From a virus (taxonomy: Duplodnaviria > Caudoviricetes), in IMG/VR virus record IMGVR_UViG_3300021437_000070, positions 1 through 28,401 of that record: a DNA stretch of 28,401 bases; one strand, 5' to 3'. Positions within the stretch are counted from its first letter, which is position 1. Each line of letters starts with the position of its first letter. Of this stretch, positions 26,231-28,401 are shown in pieces. The notes under the pieces were generated by a model that did no database searches, was not told where the DNA came from, and was given only the letters and a program-made list of their open reading frames with translations. The position numbers and the translations under genes were made by a program.

Positions 26231-26391
26231 CCGAGTAGCTTCTGCAGTTCGAGGATGGCGGCGCGCTGCTGGGCGGTCTTCGCGTTGGCGCCGACCGGTG
26301 CTCGGTCGCCGACGCGGCGCTTTTTGTCCTGCACCTGGCCGAGCGTGCTGTAGGCCTTCTGGCCGATCGGGTTGTACTTGAAGAGCTTCAT
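26227..26391 (-). CDS. Hypothetical 54-aa basic protein
   Basis: MKLFKYNPIGQKAYSTLGQVQDKKRRVG..., with ATGA overlaps at both ends. Confidence 0.65.
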   Translation of the reverse strand: MKLFKYNPIGQKAYSTLGQVQDKKRRVGDRAPVGANAKTAQQRAAILELQKLLG

Positions 26392-26678
26392 GCCAGCAGC
26401 GCCTCGACGCTTTCGACGCTGTCGATGACCACGACGCGCTGGCCCATCGCGCGCATGCGGGCGTGCTCGCGCAACTGGTGCGGCTCCGGCGCGACGCCGG
26501 GGGCTTTCAACTCGACCCAGACGGACAGATGCCGGCCGCCCAGCTCGCCGGCGGTGGTGCGCGCCATCACCAAGCGATCCGGCGCGCCGTTGCGGCCCGG
26601 CCACTGGACCTTGCGCACCTCGCCGCCCAGCTCTTTGACGCGCTTGACGAGGTGCTTCTCGATGACGGATTCACGCAC
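26388..26678 (-). CDS. VRR-NUC domain nuclease
   Basis: GGAGG RBS then GTG. RES.IE..L.......GG...K...PG..G.PDR...VELKAPG...Q (PD-(D/E)xK). Confidence 0.92.
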   Translation of the reverse strand: MRESVIEKHLVKRVKELGGEVRKVQWPGRNGAPDRLVMARTTAGELGGRHLSVWVELKAPGVAPEPHQLREHARMRAMGQRVVVIDSVESVEALLA

Positions 26679-26751
26679 GGTAGTTCCTCCAGGGGCAGCG
26701 GTGGGCGAGGTGCCCTTCCTTGCCACAGTAGGTGCAGAACTTGCTTTCCAT
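26671..26751 (-). CDS. 26-aa CCHC zinc-knuckle microprotein (not in ORF track)
   Basis: AGGAG RBS then ATG. MESKFCTYCGKEGHLAHRCPWRNYRA has exact CX2CX4HX4C spacing. Confidence 0.75.
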   Translation of the reverse strand: MESKFCTYCGKEGHLAHRCPWRNYRA

Positions 26752-26780
26752 CGCTTTCTCCTAGGGTTTCAAGCGACTAG

Positions 26781-26797
26781 ATCTTAGCACATGCTAA
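26781..26797 (-). promoter_or_regulatory. Extended -10 promoter overlapped by a palindromic operator
   Basis: TTAGCA-ca-TGCTAA palindrome (26784-26797). The - strand reads TGcTAAGAT upstream of an AGGAG RBS in an AT-richer gap. Confidence 0.55.
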
Positions 26798-26917
26798 AGC
26801 GGCGTGCGTCTCGTCGGCGGCAGTTTTCCGCCCCGGTGACCACCTCCAGGTGGTCCGGGTTGATGCACCACTGCTCGCCGCAAAGCGCATCTGGATCTCG
26901 GTGGCGGTGTAGTTCAT
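26784..26917 (-). pseudogene. Internally deleted HNH endonuclease remnant
   Basis: Coupled start MNYTATEIQMR, then in another frame LCGEQWCINPDHLEVVTGAENCRRR...stop, with no in-frame start. Confidence 0.75.
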
Positions 26918-27108
26918 GGCGCCGGCGTGAAGTCAGAATCGGTCACGCAGTTGTGCTCGACACCTGGCGTCGAGCTGAAGAGAACCCACTTACCGCCCTG
27001 CTGGCGCCAGCGCACGTCGGTGGACCCGCAGCGCCTGCACTTGACGGGCCGACGCTCGCCACTGTCCAGGTCGGACGGATCGTAGTCGTATTCTTCCCAC
27101 ACGTTCAC
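26914..27108 (-). CDS. Small zinc-ribbon protein
   Basis: AAGGA RBS then GTG. CRRCG...W......W.L.......H.C. Confidence 0.75.
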   Translation of the reverse strand: MNVWEEYDYDPSDLDSGERRPVKCRRCGSTDVRWRQQGGKWVLFSSTPGVEHNCVTDSDFTPAP

Positions 27109-27111
27109 GGC

Positions 27112-27375
27112 TCAGTCCTTCCTGTAGCGGTAAGCCTCGTTCATCAGCACCAATTCGGCGGGCGTGAAGTCGCGGGCTGCGTACTTTGCTTCTGCGCACG
27201 GTCGGCAACTCGCCGCGCGTTTGTCCAAGTCAATGCACACCGCCCCGCATGTGAGGCAGGCGCCCATGTAGCGCCCCGGCGCGTAGCCGTAGGGCAGCAG
27301 GTGCTCCCACTCGCTGCGGGGCCTAACCCGGCGCTCAAGCGGAGCGCCAACGGCCTTGGTAAGTTCGCCGCTCAT
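27112..27375 (-). CDS. Cys4 zinc-finger protein starting inside the attC site
   Basis: AGGA RBS. GYAPG.Y...CLTC......DKRA..C..CA. C-terminus is identical to that of the polymerase. Confidence 0.8.
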   Translation of the reverse strand: MSGELTKAVGAPLERRVRPRSEWEHLLPYGYAPGRYMGACLTCGAVCIDLDKRAASCRPCAEAKYAARDFTPAELVLMNEAYRYRKD

Positions 27376-27424
27376 GTCCTATTCCTGCGCGGGCCGCTGG
27401 TGCCCGCTTAGCTCTGCGTTCACG
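27321..27424 (+). mobile_element. Integron attC-like recombination site (59-base element)
   Basis: R'' GCCTAAC, 5 nt, L'' GCTCAAGC ... L' GCTTAGC, 5 nt, GTT. A 21-bp imperfect stem with two extrahelical bases. Confidence 0.85.
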
Positions 27425-27426
27425 GT

Positions 27427-28401
27427 TCAATCCTTCCTGTAGCGGTAGGCCTCGAAGCCGGCGGCGGCCAGCGGAATGCCGGGGGCCCAGCTGGGGGCGC
27501 GGGCCATCAGCCCGGCCAACGTGTAGGCGCTGAAGTCCTCGCTGTCCGGCGCCTCGGTCAGAAGTTCGTCGTGCACGCTCAGCACGATCGCATAGCCGCT
27601 GTCCTCGATCAGCTGCATGTTCGCCGCCATGATGTCGCGGGCGAAGGCCTGGGTGCAGTTCTCGATGATCTTGCCGCCGTAGGTCTTGACCCTCTTCCAC
27701 TGCCTGGTGTACTGGTCGACGCCGAGGTAGCTGATCTGCCCGCTGTTGTCCACCTGCGGCTTGCAGTAGCACAGGTAGCGGCCCGACGGTAGGCGTAGGC
27801 GCAGCCAATCGCCGTCGACCCGGGCCCGCAGGTGCTCGCCGATGCTGAAGGTCTGGCCGGGCCGCTCGATGGCCTTGGTGACCGCGTCCTTCGCGGCAGC
27901 CCACAGCGCTTCGGTGTTCGGGTGCGCGTCGCGCCAGGCGCGCTTCAGCAGCTCGCATGCGATGTAGACGTGATCGGTCAGACCGAAGGTGCTGCGCTTT
28001 TTCTTTTTGACCCAGGCCAGGACGCCGGCGGCGTCGTCCAGCGCCTCGCGGCTGGCGGTGGCCCACACGGCGTCGGCCAGCTCGTCCAGGTCCATGTTGT
28101 AGACCGCGGCGAAGGTCAGGAACGCGGCCACGCCGCCCTCATAGCCGAGGCCCAGCTCCTGCACCTTGCCGATCTGGCGCTGGCTCTTGCCGACGGTCTC
28201 CGGTGCCACGTTGAAGGCGCGGGCGTAGGCCATCACGTACAGGTCGGGGCCCGCGCGCAGAGCCTTGCCGTCGGCGTCGTAGCCGGTGACGGTGTCGTAG
28301 TCCTTGAAGGCCTTCAGCTTCCAACGCTCGCCGGCCAGGTAGGCCAGCCCGCGGCCTTCGATGTTGGCCAGGTCGGCGACGACCAGCTTCTTGCCGGGCG
28401 G
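27427..28401 (-). CDS. Phage DNA polymerase, family A (C-terminal part; 5'-truncated)
   Basis: Frame is open to the window end. Motif A DLANIEGR, motif B RQIGKVQELGLGY, TYGGK..EN..QA.ARD, motif C VHDE. Confidence 0.96.
   Translation of the reverse strand, partial: PPGKKLVVADLANIEGRGLAYLAGERWKLKAFKDYDTVTGYDADGKALRAGPDLYVMAYARAFNVAPETVGKSQRQIGKVQELGLGYEGGVAAFLTFAAVYNMDLDELADAVWATASREALDDAAGVLAWVKKKKRSTFGLTDHVYIACELLKRAWRDAHPNTEALWAAAKDAVTKAIERPGQTFSIGEHLRARVDGDWLRLRLPSGRYLCYCKPQVDNSGQISYLGVDQYTRQWKRVKTYGGKIIENCTQAFARDIMAANMQLIEDSGYAIVLSVHDELLTEAPDSEDFSAYTLAGLMARAPSWAPGIPLAAAGFEAYRYRKD

Larger units (their letters stand above)
27102..27454. repeat. 38-bp direct repeats (27102-27139 and 27417-27454), 3 mismatches, 315 bp apart
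   Basis: CGTTCACGG(C/T)TCA(G/A)TCCTTCCTGTAGCGGTA(A/G)GCCTCG. Both copies encode EAYRYRKD-stop on the - strand. Confidence 0.9.

Noticed and set aside
26924-27171. 11-nt match GGCGTGAAGTC (DFTP) near the ends of two adjacent small genes
   Set aside because: Too short to separate from chance, though it could be a recombination scar.

Overview
A GC-rich tailed-phage segment of the epsilon15/BPP-1-like podovirus type (prophage or phage genome; no host genes or att site seen), cut at both ends. The + strand (1-23541) is the late operon. It runs: portal, an extra block of small head-decoration-like genes (including an RcGTA Rcc01079-like spike base), capsid staple, Bbp19-like protein, scaffold, major capsid, cement, tail tube A and B, three ejection proteins (the last a ~2860-aa multidomain protein), tailspike and a holin-like gene. 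The - strand (23534-28401) is the converging replication arm: family A DNA polymerase, VRR-NUC nuclease, SNF2-type helicase and several small zinc-binding proteins. The most unusual items are: (i) an integron-type attC site fused at G^TT just past the polymerase stop, supplying the RBS and N-terminus of an antisense gene inside a 315-bp unit bounded by 38-bp repeats; (ii) a tRNA/tmRNA-like structured RNA between capsid genes; (iii) an ejection protein carrying ADP-ribosyltransferase-like, HD-xx-H and SAM-lyase-like modules plus a nested overprinted gene; (iv) a repeated CCGGTATGCG-N19-(-10) late-promoter candidate; and (v) unannotated micro-ORFs, including a 26-aa CCHC zinc knuckle. Family calls come from motif recognition by eye, not database searches.
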